DNA of 64,000 nt. Origin: Octopus sinensis (Eukaryota). A program made the position numbers and the translations under genes. The notes beneath the pieces are model-generated. The model was not told the origin of the DNA and ran no database searches. It saw only the letters and a program-made list of their open reading frames with translations. The stretch spans positions 75,144,001-75,208,000 of the forward strand of contig NC_043002.1 in the NCBI RefSeq assembly GCF_006345805.1, written 5' to 3'. This document shows positions 39,776-52,075 of the stretch, in pieces. Numbering within the stretch: position 1 is the stretch's first letter; every line of letters begins with the position of its first letter.

Positions 39776-39972
39776 TAAGATGGCAAACTTGCAGAATTGC
39801 TAGCATGCTGGACAAAATGGTTAGTGGCGTTTCAGCTGTCTTTTATGTTTTGAGTTCAAATTCTGCTGAGGTTAGCTTTGCCTCTTGTCCTTCTTGGCTT
39901 GATAAAAGAAGTACCAGTTGCGCACTGCCACTAAAGTTGCTGACCTTGTGCCAAAATTTGAAACATTTATTA
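39776..39972 (+). mobile_element. SINE group C
   Basis: aagatggcaaacttgcagaattgctagcatgctggacaaaatg..tgagttcaaattctgctgaggttagctttgcc. Confidence 0.8.
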
Positions 39973-41820
39973 CTGTTTGCATCATTATTAGTCAACCCAA
40001 GCCATGCATGTGAAAACTGGATTGGTGAAAACTTTGCAGAAGACCAGTGGGTGGATTGTACCTGTAATTCAAAGATCTAGTCTGCTCACATGCTGTGTCT
40101 CATTGATTCTGCTTGAAGTTGTGTTGAGAGTACTGGATAACTATGGAATACTCAACCATTCACATGCTGATTCAATAAGCAGATATTGCAGTTGATTTTG
40201 ACGATGAATATTTAGTTGTTTGATCAACAGAATTCCAATTTTCTTCATTATTATTAATTCAAATGCCATTGTGTCAGCTTTGCCTCTTATCTTTCTGCAT
40301 TCAATAAACCAGTCAAGTTTGAGGGTTTAAAGTAACTGTGTCTTCCAACAATTTGAGCGGTCTTGTATCTGTGTTAGGAATTTATTATAGTTGCCCATGT
40401 TCCCATCGATGTAACTGGGCAGTCTATCAAGAAAACTAGCATTCTGGTTTTGCAACTTTATGTTCTGAGTTCAAATGCAACTAGATTTAATTTTGTTTTA
40501 TTTTCCTTCCTTGGAGTATTGATTAAATAATTACCAGTGTTATACTGAGAGACTATACAAGAAGTACAAAGACTATACTTGCAGTTGATAAAATATGTTG
40601 CAGTTCATTTAATCAAATATACTCCATCCCTGTAAATGGTGGTGATCATAAACAAATTTGTGTGAGGTAAACAGGACAAATTTAGGGATAAATTTGGGTG
40701 ACAGCAGCAGGGTGAACTATAAGGTCCCTATTAACCTGAAGTCCTCAATAGAATTTTTTTTTCTTTGAAAACTTTGCCTAAATACCCTTGAGAAAATTAT
40801 GTATTAGTTTTGTTATTTCATTTATTAACCCCCAACATTTTAAGGATCTTGTGCTAAAAAAAATGAAATAAACAAAAAGATCCCTATTAGTGTTAAGATT
40901 TTGTCCCTTTACATTCTATGTTGAAATCCAGCTGAAGGTAATTTTAACTTTTCAGATCTCCAAATGCTGCCTAATTGTCAGTGCTATACTTGGAGTCTAG
41001 AAAATAAGTACTAGGGTCACATGACAAGTCAGTAAAGTAAAATAAGCTGACTGACTCAAGCATCATACCCCATTCTTGTAATATTATTGCTATACCCCCA
41101 ATATGAAAAAAAAATCAGATCTTTAAATATATTTATGAAATTTAACTCAACTACAACAATTATTCTGCTACTGTTGTACCAAAATGTTTAATTGTAATTG
41201 TTTTGGCTGGTTAATATTAGCCAACTGTGTTTCTCTCTGTTGGCAGAACAGGAAGTGCTTGGCATACACTCCAAACTGGGTGGGAATGTTTAACCACAGC
41301 TGGCCCTTTTACATAATCTGGCTTGTGTCTGTTTAGAGGCAGTTGATATTGTTGAAATATTGTTGAAATATGATATTAACTTTGCTGCTCACCCCCTTCT
41401 CCTCTTCTTGTTTTTGATCTCCATTATATTGTGCCACCAAGTTCAGTAATCAAAGTTTGTTTACAAAACCAGTCATACTAGGTGTATGTCATGATAGTGG
41501 TGGGAAACAGTCTAGCTTTGTGTTTATTTTAAGGTGCTATAATACTCAGAATGGTTGTTGATGAGGTGGCAGTGATGGGAATTGTAGTATATTATTATTA
41601 CTGTTGCTGTTAAGTCGGTGGATTGGGAGGATCATCAGTACTTTGTCTGGCTTTAAAGGTTCTGTGCTCAAATCCTGCCCAAAGTCAAAGTTGTTTTTCA
41701 TCACTCGAGGGTTGATAAAATTAAGTAAATGACAACAAGTACTGGAGTCAATGGTACTGACCCCTCCTTTCCCCAATTATTATTATTATATTATTATTAT
41801 TATTATTATTGTTATTATTA

Positions 41821-42242
41821 TTATTACCTCTGCCTTAGCGAAGGCGGAGGTATTGTTTACAGTCATGTTTGTTTGCTTGTCCGTGGACAAGATATCTCAA
41901 GAACCGCTGTATGGATTCAGATGAAACTTTCAGGGATGTTTTGCCTCATGACTGACACAAGCTGATTAGATTTTGGGATCGATTCCATACCAGACAAGCA
42001 TTTTAGATTATTTGTTATATTTACTTTACATGATTACGATCTTGCATTGACTTTCAAGTCTTTCTTAATTATTTCCCTTTAGGCTGTTTCCAAAGTTTTA
42101 TTCTTGTTTCTCTATTATTAATTTTAATCGCATCTCTATCTTACCAGAAACTGATGGATATAGAAATCAAACTACATAAACCAATGGCAGCAAAACCATT
42201 CAGAAATTAAATAACACTAACATATTTTTATTATTATAATAT

Positions 42243-42283
<41 letters not shown>

Positions 42284-42777
42284 TACATATTATCACTTTA
42301 CAGTATGCTTACATAGATACATACATCTATACATCAATATAAAACAACAGGAATACTAAAGTAAGGCTGGAATTCAAGAGAAGAGAAAACCAAAAGGTCC
42401 CATGCTATTCATTTAAAAATTCCTGAGTAGAACTTATTACTACCTCCGCCTCTGAAACTATTTTGAATGGTGAATTTGTTAACTTTGGCTTGTATTAGAT
42501 AAGGATAAACTATTTATTACTGTTACTAAATTTTGTAAAGTCATCTTCACATTCCATGACTACCTTTGGGATCGATCAGGTACCAGACAAGGATTCTGGA
42601 TGATTTTCTAGTTTTTTACTTAATTTTTGAGAGCGGTCAGGTTCATTTTAAGTATTCTCATTTGTGAGAGCAGTCAAGTTTATTTCAGATATTCTCATTT
42701 TAAAAATCATCTCCAGCTAATCGTCGAGAGGACATGGTATTGTCTTGGCAGAGGTTTGCATTCTCTGAGCACTCTTG

Positions 42778-42779
<2 letters not shown>
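41821..42779 (+). mobile_element. HINE-like element, interrupted or tandem
   Basis: 5' ttattacctctgccttagcgaaggcggaggtatt hairpin; 3' ttggcagaggtttgcattctctgagcactcttgtt; the internal tttgggatcgat..taccagacaag motif occurs twice (near 41972 and 42565). Confidence 0.75.
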
Positions 42780-42822
<43 letters not shown>

Positions 42823-42825
<3 letters not shown>

Positions 42826-43025
42826 GGTTGGTAGATTCATTAGCATGTTGGACAAAATGCCTTGTAACATTTCTTCTGGTTCTTTATATTCTGAGTACAA
42901 ACCCCACTGAAGTTGACTTTGCCTTTCATCCCTTTCTGGGGCCCAGTATGTAATGTACCAGTTAAGTACTAAGGTTCATTTAACGGACTAATTGCTTTGT
43001 GCTTGTATTAAAAATAGAATTATCA
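42823..43025 (+). mobile_element. SINE group C
   Basis: ttagcatgttggacaaaatgcc..ttctgagtacaaaccccactgaagttgactttgcctttcatcc. Confidence 0.8.
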
Positions 43026-43619
43026 TTGTTATTTACATACCTTCATCTGTGACCTGCACTAGAAAAAATTTCTCAATAATCAATGTACGTGAGTGTGTAT
43101 ATAATGTGGTGGATGGTTCCCTGTGTATGTGCTGAGGTGAATTAGTAATCTTTAGCATTTACATAGTTATTGAATAAATAGATCCCTTCTTCCATACCCA
43201 TTAAGCTCATATGTACACGTGAATGTGCGCGCGCACATGCGCACTTGCACACACACACATGTGCACGCTTGTACACATGCATATTGAAATTATGAAAATT
43301 TTATAAACATAACGATTCCTTTTCATGCTTTCTTTACTCTCTGTATGCTTATGACCCTGCTTTTTTTAAAATCATGTTGTGTGTATTGCATACAATCGAC
43401 AAGCTAGTTTTGATTCCTTTCAGTTATCAATTTGGTCAGCTAAACTGAAGGCCAGCCTCAAAATTGAGAGAGATTATTATGTATGATGTAGTTAGTTAGT
43501 TCTAGTATAAAACCTTCACCTCAATCTACTTGCTCAGGGATGGTGGACCAGGACCAGTAAAAAAGAGAAAAGAAATAAGTCTTTCTTATATGAGTGGATC
43601 TCTTAACATTCTCTAACAG

Positions 43620-43679
43620 TGCCTCTTAATACTTCTCTGTCACCTCCACCACAACTTCACCACAACTAAAATAGTGATG
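43620..43679 (+). other. Candidate 60-nt exon
   Basis: Acceptor ctcttaacattctctaacag, donor ATG|gtaagt; frame 0 open (CLLILLCHLHHNFTTTKIVM). Confidence 0.2.
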
Positions 43680-43769
43680 GTAAGTCCCTTGTAGTTTGAG
43701 AAAGACTGTTCTGCAATTTCTTGCTGAACAACCTGTGCAAATGATTCGTTTATAGTGATAAAATATATG

Positions 43770-43968
43770 TGCTGATCAAATATATGTGCTCACTCTCTCC
43801 ATCAAACTGATGTTGCCCGAGCAAGTGCACAGTGTACCACATGTGAAGTACTGAAGTGCTCACAGAGCAATGTCAAGAACACAATGCACCACCTGATCCA
43901 GAGATTGAAACCATGAATGTGAGATTGCGAGTGCAACAGCCCTAACCACTGAGCCATGCACCCTCACA
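43770..43968 (-). mobile_element. Degenerate SINE of group D type (tRNA head)
   Basis: gattgaaaccatgaatgtgagattgcgagtgcaacagccctaaccactgagccatgc resembles the head of the 62911-63218 element. Confidence 0.6.
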
Positions 43969-44102
43969 CAACAATCAGTGGTGTATCATCATCACCACCA
44001 CTGCCTCCCATACATTCGTCAGAATCTCCATTGACATCATCACCTTCAACACCTCCACTACTACCACCACAGTGCTGACCACCTCCATTATCATCCCCAC
44101 AA

Positions 44103-44140
<38 letters not shown>

Positions 44141-44442
44141 TGTTTTCTACCTTTCTATCATCTTCCACAACTGCCATCATCACTATCAAGACCTCCACCA
44201 CCAAATTGAGACCACTTCCATCATCACCATCACTAGGATCTTCATCATCACTTACCATTGTTACCAACATATCCAGGTTCATTACCCAATTCCGCATCAT
44301 CTCCAACTTCACCATCACCTCTAGCATGACTATCATTGCAATCACTGACATGAACAACACCACAGCATCTGAAGACACCATCCTACCTCTATCCACTTAA
44401 AGGTGATGATGTCAATGGTGATTCTGATGAATATATGGGAGG

Positions 44443-45197
44443 TACACCACCAAACAGTCACCATAACCTTATGTTTGAAGAGCTTGGGTTTAGGGAGTGC
44501 TTCAATTTTGTCCAACCACTGCAAAGAACATTTTCTATTATTGTACAGAATCCATTTTTCATTGCAAGTCACAATATGGTTGAGAAATGGATCAATCTGG
44601 TTACAGAGATGAAGTGATGAGCTAAGTTCATATCTGCACATTTTCTGATTTTCATTCAAATCATGTAGTAATTTGTTGAGCTTTTTTGAGTTTCCAATCA
44701 CATGCAAATGGTTGCAGGCAGTGTTCTGGCTAACTTCAAGTTATTTTGCCAATTCTCGAGTGGATTTACGTGGATCTTTCTCAATAATGGTCTTTAATTG
44801 ACCATCATCGATGACAGATGGACATCCACTATGCTCATGATCTTCAAGGCTCAGGTCTTTGCAAAACAGTTTAAACCATTTTCGAGCTGACCACTCACTG
44901 GTCATTTCCTCACCAAACATTTCGGTGATATCATGAGCAGTTTCAGCTGTTTTACATCCCTTTTTGAAGTTGAATAGCAAAATTGCTTGAATATCATGCT
45001 TTGACAGTTCCATTTCTTATGATTGTAACGACGGTGAAAAAAAAATCAATGTTAATTTATTGATGCATTTGGGAAAGTCTTTATCTGTATTATCAGACAA
45101 TTACAAAAAGATTGTTCAAGAAAAATTCAAAACTCTGCAAAACTCTAGTACAAATTCTTCATGGTTCAAAATGTTGCTTACTTTTTACTCAACCTGA
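44443..45197 (-). pseudogene. Mariner transposon relic (Hsmar1-like): 5' TIR plus frameshifted N-terminal two-thirds of the transposase, 3' part missing
   Basis: TA followed by TIR-like tcaggttgagtaaaaagtaagcaacattttg; MELSKHDIQAILLFNFKKGCKTAETAHDI..EDHEHSGCPS..DPRKSTRELAK and IVTCNEKWILYNN..KVMVTVWW align with recalled mariner HTH and catalytic-domain motifs. Confidence 0.92.
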
Positions 45198-45222
45198 TAT
45201 ATATATATATATATATATATAC

Positions 45223-45610
45223 ACTCTTTTACTTGTTTCAGTCATGTGACTGTTGCCATGCTAGAGCAGCGCCTTTAGTTGAACAAATTGATCCCAGGAC
45301 TTATTCTTTGTAAGCCTAGTACTTATTCTATTGGTCTTTGCCGAATCGTTGAGTTACAAGGAAGTAAACACACCAACATCAGTTGTCGGGCAATGGTGGG
45401 AGTGACAAACACAGACATACAGATACACACACACATACACACACACACACATGATGGGCTTCTTGCAATTTCTGTCTACCAAATCCACTCACAAGGCTTT
45501 GGTCAGCTCAAGCCTATAGTAGAAGACACTTGCTCAAGCCGCCATGCAGTGGGACTAAACTTGAAACTATGTCGGTGGGAAGCAAGCTTCTTACCACAAA
45601 GCCACTCATG
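45223..45610 (-). mobile_element. SINE group A, full length
   Basis: cactcttttacttgtttcagtc..gggaagcaagcttcttaccacaaagccac. Confidence 0.9.
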
Positions 45611-46778
45611 CACCTATATATATTTTGTGTGTGTACCTGTCCTCCATCTCTAGCTTTCACTCCATCTATCTATCTATCATTCTCTCATTCTATTCTAGTC
45701 CTTTTCTTCCATTCTTCCTCTCCTTTTCTCCTTCATTCTTGTTCCTTTCACTATTCAAACCTTTATTTTATCTTTTCTGTCATCCTTCTCTTCTCTCTCT
45801 CTATATATATATACATCTTTTGTCTCTTATTCTATACTTTCTCCTGCTTTCTTTTCATTGTCTATCTTCTCTTTCAGTTTTACATCTTTCTCGTCTTTTT
45901 CTTTCTCTCTTTTCTTCTTTTTAGTCTTTTCCTTTTTCTTTTCTCCTTGTTATACTTTTATTTTTGTATCTTTGTTCTTTTTTCTTGTTTTGCTTTGTTT
46001 CTCACTGTTCTTTTCTTTTCCTTTTTTTTTTATTCTTTCCTCCTCTTTTCCGCTCTCTTCTTCCTAATCTTTTTCTACTTCCTCTCCAGGCTCCCCCCCC
46101 CACACACCTTTTCTGCTTTTCTCTTTATTCCTCTATCTCTTCCTTCTTTGTCTTTCATTTCCCTGATCTCCTTTCCTCCCCACTCTTCCATTTATATTTT
46201 ATACCTCGCGGTTAACAATTATGGTCGTCACCTGGGCAGATCTTTGGAAATACATTGCCATATGATATTCATGTGCCCTCTCACTAACAAGGTCTCTAAC
46301 TTCCACTACTATTTAGAACCCCCCCCCCCCACACACACACACACTACATGGGAGGGACTCTAATGCATCATATATATTTTTTTCCTCTCTGTCATCTCCT
46401 CTTGCACATCATCCTTCACTCACTGTTCGACTCCATCTTTATCTGGTTCATCCCACCCTGCTTATTATTACCTGCCTACCTATATACATATATCCATCCT
46501 TCCTCTGCCCCACCCCTGTCTCACTGTTTCTCTCTCTTTTTATTCCGTTTATTTTATCCTCTTTTTTTGTTTATTTTTTTTGTATGTTTTTTTTTTGTCT
46601 TTCCATGCTCTGCTTCCCTGCATGTATCTCCCCGCCAACATCTCTTGATGTGCACTTAATACAAAATCAATATGCTAGGTTGAAGACTAACATAAAAGTC
46701 TGCAGCAATAGCAGCAGCAAGAATAACAACAACTGCAGCAACAGCAGCAAGCAGGGACAGTCTCTCTCCCACCCCACG

Positions 46779-46810
<32 letters not shown>

Positions 46811-47050
46811 ATCCACCAACTTAATCTTATATCACACCAATGCTGCCAGCATCACCCTCACTGCCACCTCCACCACCACAGATGCACACTTGGTCACCTC
46901 TACTCTTACCACCACTACCACTTACTTCCACCAGTGCTGCCACAAGCAAGTAGTACACTGTGTAAATGGTACTGAATAACAACAGTAGCTGCAGTAGTGG
47001 CTATGCCTGCAATCTTGATGTTACATAAGATTGTCAAGCTCAACTGCAGC

Positions 47051-47090
<40 letters not shown>

Positions 47091-47280
47091 TGACAACAGG
47101 AAAAAGACAAAGCTATTTCTTTGTGTGGACAATGTCATTTGGTTTGCACAGTGCAAGGGGACTGTTTGTGTAATAGCTATTGTCACCTGCCTGTCCTTGC
47201 TTTCTCAATGGCCATTAGATGATAGTTGAGACTGGATACAAACTGCAGATTTGCTCTTCTTATCATTCTCCTCAGTCAAA

Positions 47281-47383
47281 TCATACAACAACAACAACAA
47301 CAACAACAACTACTACTACTACTACTACTACTAGTAGTAGTAGTAGTAGTAGCAGCAGCAGTAGTAGTAGTAGCAGCAGCAGC

Positions 47384-47420
<37 letters not shown>
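47281..47420. repeat. Compound (CAA)n(CTA)n(TAG)n(CAG)n microsatellite
   Basis: Directly visible; source of the poly-T/S/L/V/Q ORFs. Confidence 0.95.
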
Positions 47421-47421
<1 letters not shown>

Positions 47422-48693
47422 AAAGAACAGCAGCAGACCATTTACTTCCATTTTAGCCTTATTCCAATTTTCAAAACTACATATTACTTTACTTTGTGTG
47501 TGTGTGTGTGTGCATGCATGCATATACACACGCACAACACATATATACTAATAGAGAGAGGGAGAGAGAGATCAGGAATGAAAAGTACTCAACAGCAACT
47601 CAGACTCAGTTCTACTCTACATAACTGTATTGAGCACTTTCTTTACTTAATTGCATTCACACCAGTGTGAAAACACACGCACGCACGCGCACACACAGAC
47701 ATACACACAGAATATGAAAGGAGAGCTGCATACATGCACAATGTGTTTGTGTTTGCATGTACACTTGCATGATACATATGAATGCATGTGAACATGTGCA
47801 CCAGAATCATGAACAATATATTCTTACTGAGTTACTGATGCATGTACGCATATGCAGTGACAGTAAAGGAAAAAAGAGAAACTCTATTACTTGATGACTA
47901 ATATTAATTTTTTTCATTCACAAGTATGGGAGCTAACTCTAGTCTCATTTTGCTTTATTTTTAAAGGTTCGTCAGTGAAGCATAGCCTTCCTGTAACTTT
48001 AGCCTGTTTAATGTTCTAGCCATTAAACATGCTTTCATCTACATTGCTATCAATGTTTATCCCTGATGCATTTAACAATATCACTTGAGAATATTTTTAG
48101 ATGAGCATGTATATGTGTGTGTGTGTGCGTGTGTAAACATTAAAATACATTGTATATATGTGTGTGTATGTGTTTGTGTGTCTATATATGTGTGTGTGTG
48201 TGAATTGCATTTGTATACACAGCTATGCTTCTACATGCATGTTCTTTCGCTCATTTCAATTTTAAATCAATTTGAAGTCTTGTAGAGAAAAAGAAAAACA
48301 AAAACAAGCATGTTTATGGGCCATCATACATGTCTGCCTGTTAAGCACACACTAATCTACATACATACACACACACACACACTTATATGCAGTAATCACT
48401 TCGTTAATATTGATAATTATTTTCTGTTTGATGCTTGTTTGTTCTCAGCCATATGTAAGCAGTTCCTTCTTCCCTTCTATCTTTTTTTTCCCCCATTTAT
48501 TTTTGTTGTTCTATTCACACATCTCCTAACAATGTCATTAGATGGTATCATTCATTTTGGCTTTCTTTCTTTTCTTTTTCATAGAATCCAGTTTATTTTT
48601 TTCTTTGCCCTTCTTAATACTTTAATGGGTGACAATATGAAGTTGTGTATGCACACACACACACACACACTGCTATGTAGGTGTGTGTGTGTG

Positions 48694-48735
<42 letters not shown>

Positions 48736-49096
48736 ATATATACACACACACATACATTCACACATACACATATAGATATATGTAATACATATACATAGAC
48801 ACATACATATATCACTTGAAATAATGTATATTTATGTGTATCAGCATGTGTGCACACATATACATATTATTGCAGCCATTAAAAAAATGGCTCCCCATTC
48901 TAATTAAACTAATTTACAGAAGCAACTGAAGTAAAAAAAAAAAAAAGAAATACTTGATGAATAAATAATTAAAAAAAAAAAAATGATAAGTGCAGTTACT
49001 GTCGCCAAAAGCCTGTGTCCTCCCCCTCCCTTTCATTCCTTTTGCATCACATTTTCCTGATTACATCTGTTCTGCCTGTTTGTCTTACTGCTATAG

Positions 49097-49186
49097 ATTC
49101 CTTAAAGTGTTGTTATTTTGTGGAGGTGGATTCTTTGTTTTTTAAAGATGTATCGCAGTTGCTTAGAGGTGAATATTTTGGATCAT
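49097..49186 (+). other. Candidate 90-nt exon (phase 1-1 DSLKCCYFVEVDSLFFKDVSQLLRGEYFGS, or start exon MYRSCLEVNILDH from ATG 49148)
   Basis: Acceptor ctgcctgtttgtcttactgctatag, donor CAT|gtaagt. Confidence 0.3.
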
Positions 49187-49580
49187 GTAAGTCATTATTT
49201 CGAAACTACACTATAACCATTGTCAATAATTTCAGTCAGGATTACATTTTATTTAGGTTTGCAGAGATAACATATTATAGCCTCTGTTCTGGGGAAAAAA
49301 ATACCTGAAGCCAAACAGAACTTCCAACTAGTATGCTCTGCTCTAAGAACAATATCCATTGCTACATATTAAATACGAATTATATCTTAGTGCCACAAAT
49401 TAAAATAAGATGTAAATGAGAGGAAATGAGAATCTCAGCAGTGCACTTATGTTTTCCTTTAATTATTTAATTATTTCTTTTACTTGACATTGTTGTGGTG
49501 TGTTGGGAATTGCTTGTCGTCTTTGAGGTGTTAGTGTTAATTTGAAAAATTCTTTAGCAATGGACAGAAAGTCAATTAGT

Positions 49581-49808
49581 TTAACCCTTTCATTACTGTA
49601 TTTATTTTGAGATGCTCTGTTTTTCTTTCAGTTACTTTAAATATAACAAAGAATTAAGTAAAATAACTTAGTCATCATTCAGTTAGTGTTAGAAACATAA
49701 ATTGTGACTAAGGTTTGGTGGAAGATTTTAATTCAAAACTTATGAAAACGAGACATTTGTACTCAGAGCCAGAGGTGGTTTCAGCCAGGTTGGTAACAAA
49801 AGGATTAA
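49581..49808. mobile_element. piggyBac-like MITE
   Basis: ttaaccctttcattac..ggtaacaaaaggattaa; TTAA at both ends and CCCTT-type terminus. Confidence 0.85.
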
Positions 49809-50037
49809 GGCAAGAGTTGATCTCGGCCCCATGAATAAGTGAAATATGTTGATGGTATTTATAGTGCTAAATATCAACTATTTTTTGTAATCTTGCTTGA
49901 GGTTAGTGTAATGTTTTTGTTTTCTAGCCATTGGTTATTTTCAGTTGTTGTCCTGTTGTTCACTGTCTTGGCTGAAGTCTCAATGGGTACAAGAAAAAGA
50001 AACATATACTAACTGAATTTCAAACGAAAGGTACAGT

Positions 50038-50244
50038 TTAACCCTTTTGATGCTGACCTGCCTGACACCATCCTTGGTTTTATGATACAAATCTCCTGTC
50101 TATCAAAACTTACCATCAAAATTTCATATTAATTTCCTAACACCAGCTCAATAATGACATGTTTTAGTAAGGTCTTCATTGACTTCAAAATTAACTGAAA
50201 CAAAGAGAGTATAATTTGAAGAGACACGGTAGCAAAAGTATTAA
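50038..50244. mobile_element. piggyBac-like MITE, related to 49581-49808 but in opposite orientation
   Basis: ttaacccttttgatgc..ggtagcaaaagtattaa. Confidence 0.75.
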
Positions 50245-51529
50245 GCATGTGGTTAATTGTAAGGCAACTCTGTTGATGAATAATGGAGCCAGATGTTATT
50301 TAATCATATTGGAGAATGATTCAGTGGTTATACCTGTACTAGTTTGTCAAGTACAGGAAATAAAAGTTAAGAATCTGTTGTTTCTCTAGATCTTTGTTCT
50401 TAATCTTAAGATTTATCAAATTGGAGAATTTGAGGAATATCTATTGTGTCTCACAGTTTTCTGAACATTGTGTTTTGTGAGCTTCAAATAAAGTACCAGC
50501 AAATGATGGACATTATTACCAAATATGGTATGTTAGGAGCATATTTATAAATCAAATTGCTATACATTAATTACAGTAATAAGATTATCCGCCATGTTGA
50601 AGATGCAGGTTCTTAACAAATAGGTTCTATGATCCTGTTCGCTGATGTTGCAAAAATCTTCAATAATAGCACCTTCCCAATAAATATACCAACTGCAGGT
50701 AAACATATTCCTTTCATTATTTTTGCCTATAGAACTTATTTAAAATAATTAAGTTAGAGTTGATTTAAATTAATTAAACCTCAGGGTAGAATACTTGTTG
50801 TGATTGCTATGAAAAGAAAGATAATAAATTCTTGATGTTTTAAAATGACATTGAATAAAAATGTTTTGTTTCATTGTCTTTATTTCTTTCTATTATATAT
50901 TTTCACTTTCATTTAAATATATCATATTGAAGAGGCTTGTGTCAGTTGCTGGTATTGAAATAATGGATAATGCTTTCTTGTCTAATGGAATAACCATAAG
51001 GAACTTTGTTGTTAATATTTTATTTATCCACGTTGAATTGAAAGCATGTTTTATCTTCTGTTTTCTCTCATTATGTAGATGATACAAATCCCAAGTTGTG
51101 CTTATACGAACAACTTTGATATTAAACTCTAGTGGATTAAGTAGATTCATTATGTTTTCAAAGTAATGTTCAGAAAGTATAATATATTAGATCTGACATT
51201 AATTTTGTTTATTTGCATAGATCGTATGATATAAAATTGCCCACTTTGACAATTATCCCATCTGTTTGTGTGCTTTATAGCTGCATGGATATGGAAGTAT
51301 AGATTTTTAAAGAGGAAAGTTTAATCAGCCTTTTAAGTGTTTGTAATTTCTTGTTGCATAAGGAAAAGGTTGAATGAACCTTAAAATTGTATGTAGTATC
51401 TAGTTGTGTGTGATGAAGTTGATAGATAAACTCAAGTGGTTATGTAGACATGATTTGAAATAATTTTCAGAGACTGAAAAGGTACTGGTCACAGGCTGAC
51501 TATTTGAAGTAGTAATATATATGCATAAT

Positions 51530-51765
51530 AGGTCGGCAAGCTGGCAGAATTGTTAGCGTGCTGGCTGAAATGCTTAGTATTTCATCTGCCGTTACATTCT
51601 GAGTTCAAATTTTGCCAAGGTTGACTTTGCCTTTCATTCTTTTGAGGTCAATTAAATAAGTACCAGTTATGCACTGGGGTTGATGTAAACGACTTAATCC
51701 CTTTTTCTGTCCTTGTTTGTCCCCTCTATGTTTAGCATCCCCTGGGGCAATAAAAAAAAAAATAA
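51530..51765 (+). mobile_element. SINE group C, full length
   Basis: ggtcggcaagctggcagaattgttagcgtgctgg..ttctgagttcaaattttgccaaggttgactttgcctttc..cccctggggcaataaaa. Confidence 0.9.
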
Positions 51766-51809
51766 TAAATATATATGTATAATGACATTTCATTAGAATT
51801 TACACATGC

Positions 51810-52075
51810 CAAATATACTCTTTTGCTTGTTTCTGGTAGTGGCCAGTGTTCATACTGGAGCACCACTTTGTAGAGTTGAACAAAGGGAGTGGACTCACAC
51901 ACACACACACACATGGTGGACTTCTCACAGTTTCCATCCATCAAATTCACTCACAAGGCATTGATCAGCCAAGATTATAGTAGATGGCTCTTGCTCAAAG
52001 TGCTACACAGTAGGACTGAACCGAAAACTATAGGGTAGTGAAGTGAACTTCTTAATCATGCAACAATACCATTTT
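51810..52075 (-). mobile_element. SINE group A variant
   Basis: tactcttttgcttgtttc..catactggagcaccactttg..cagtttccatccatcaaattcactcacaagg. Confidence 0.75.
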
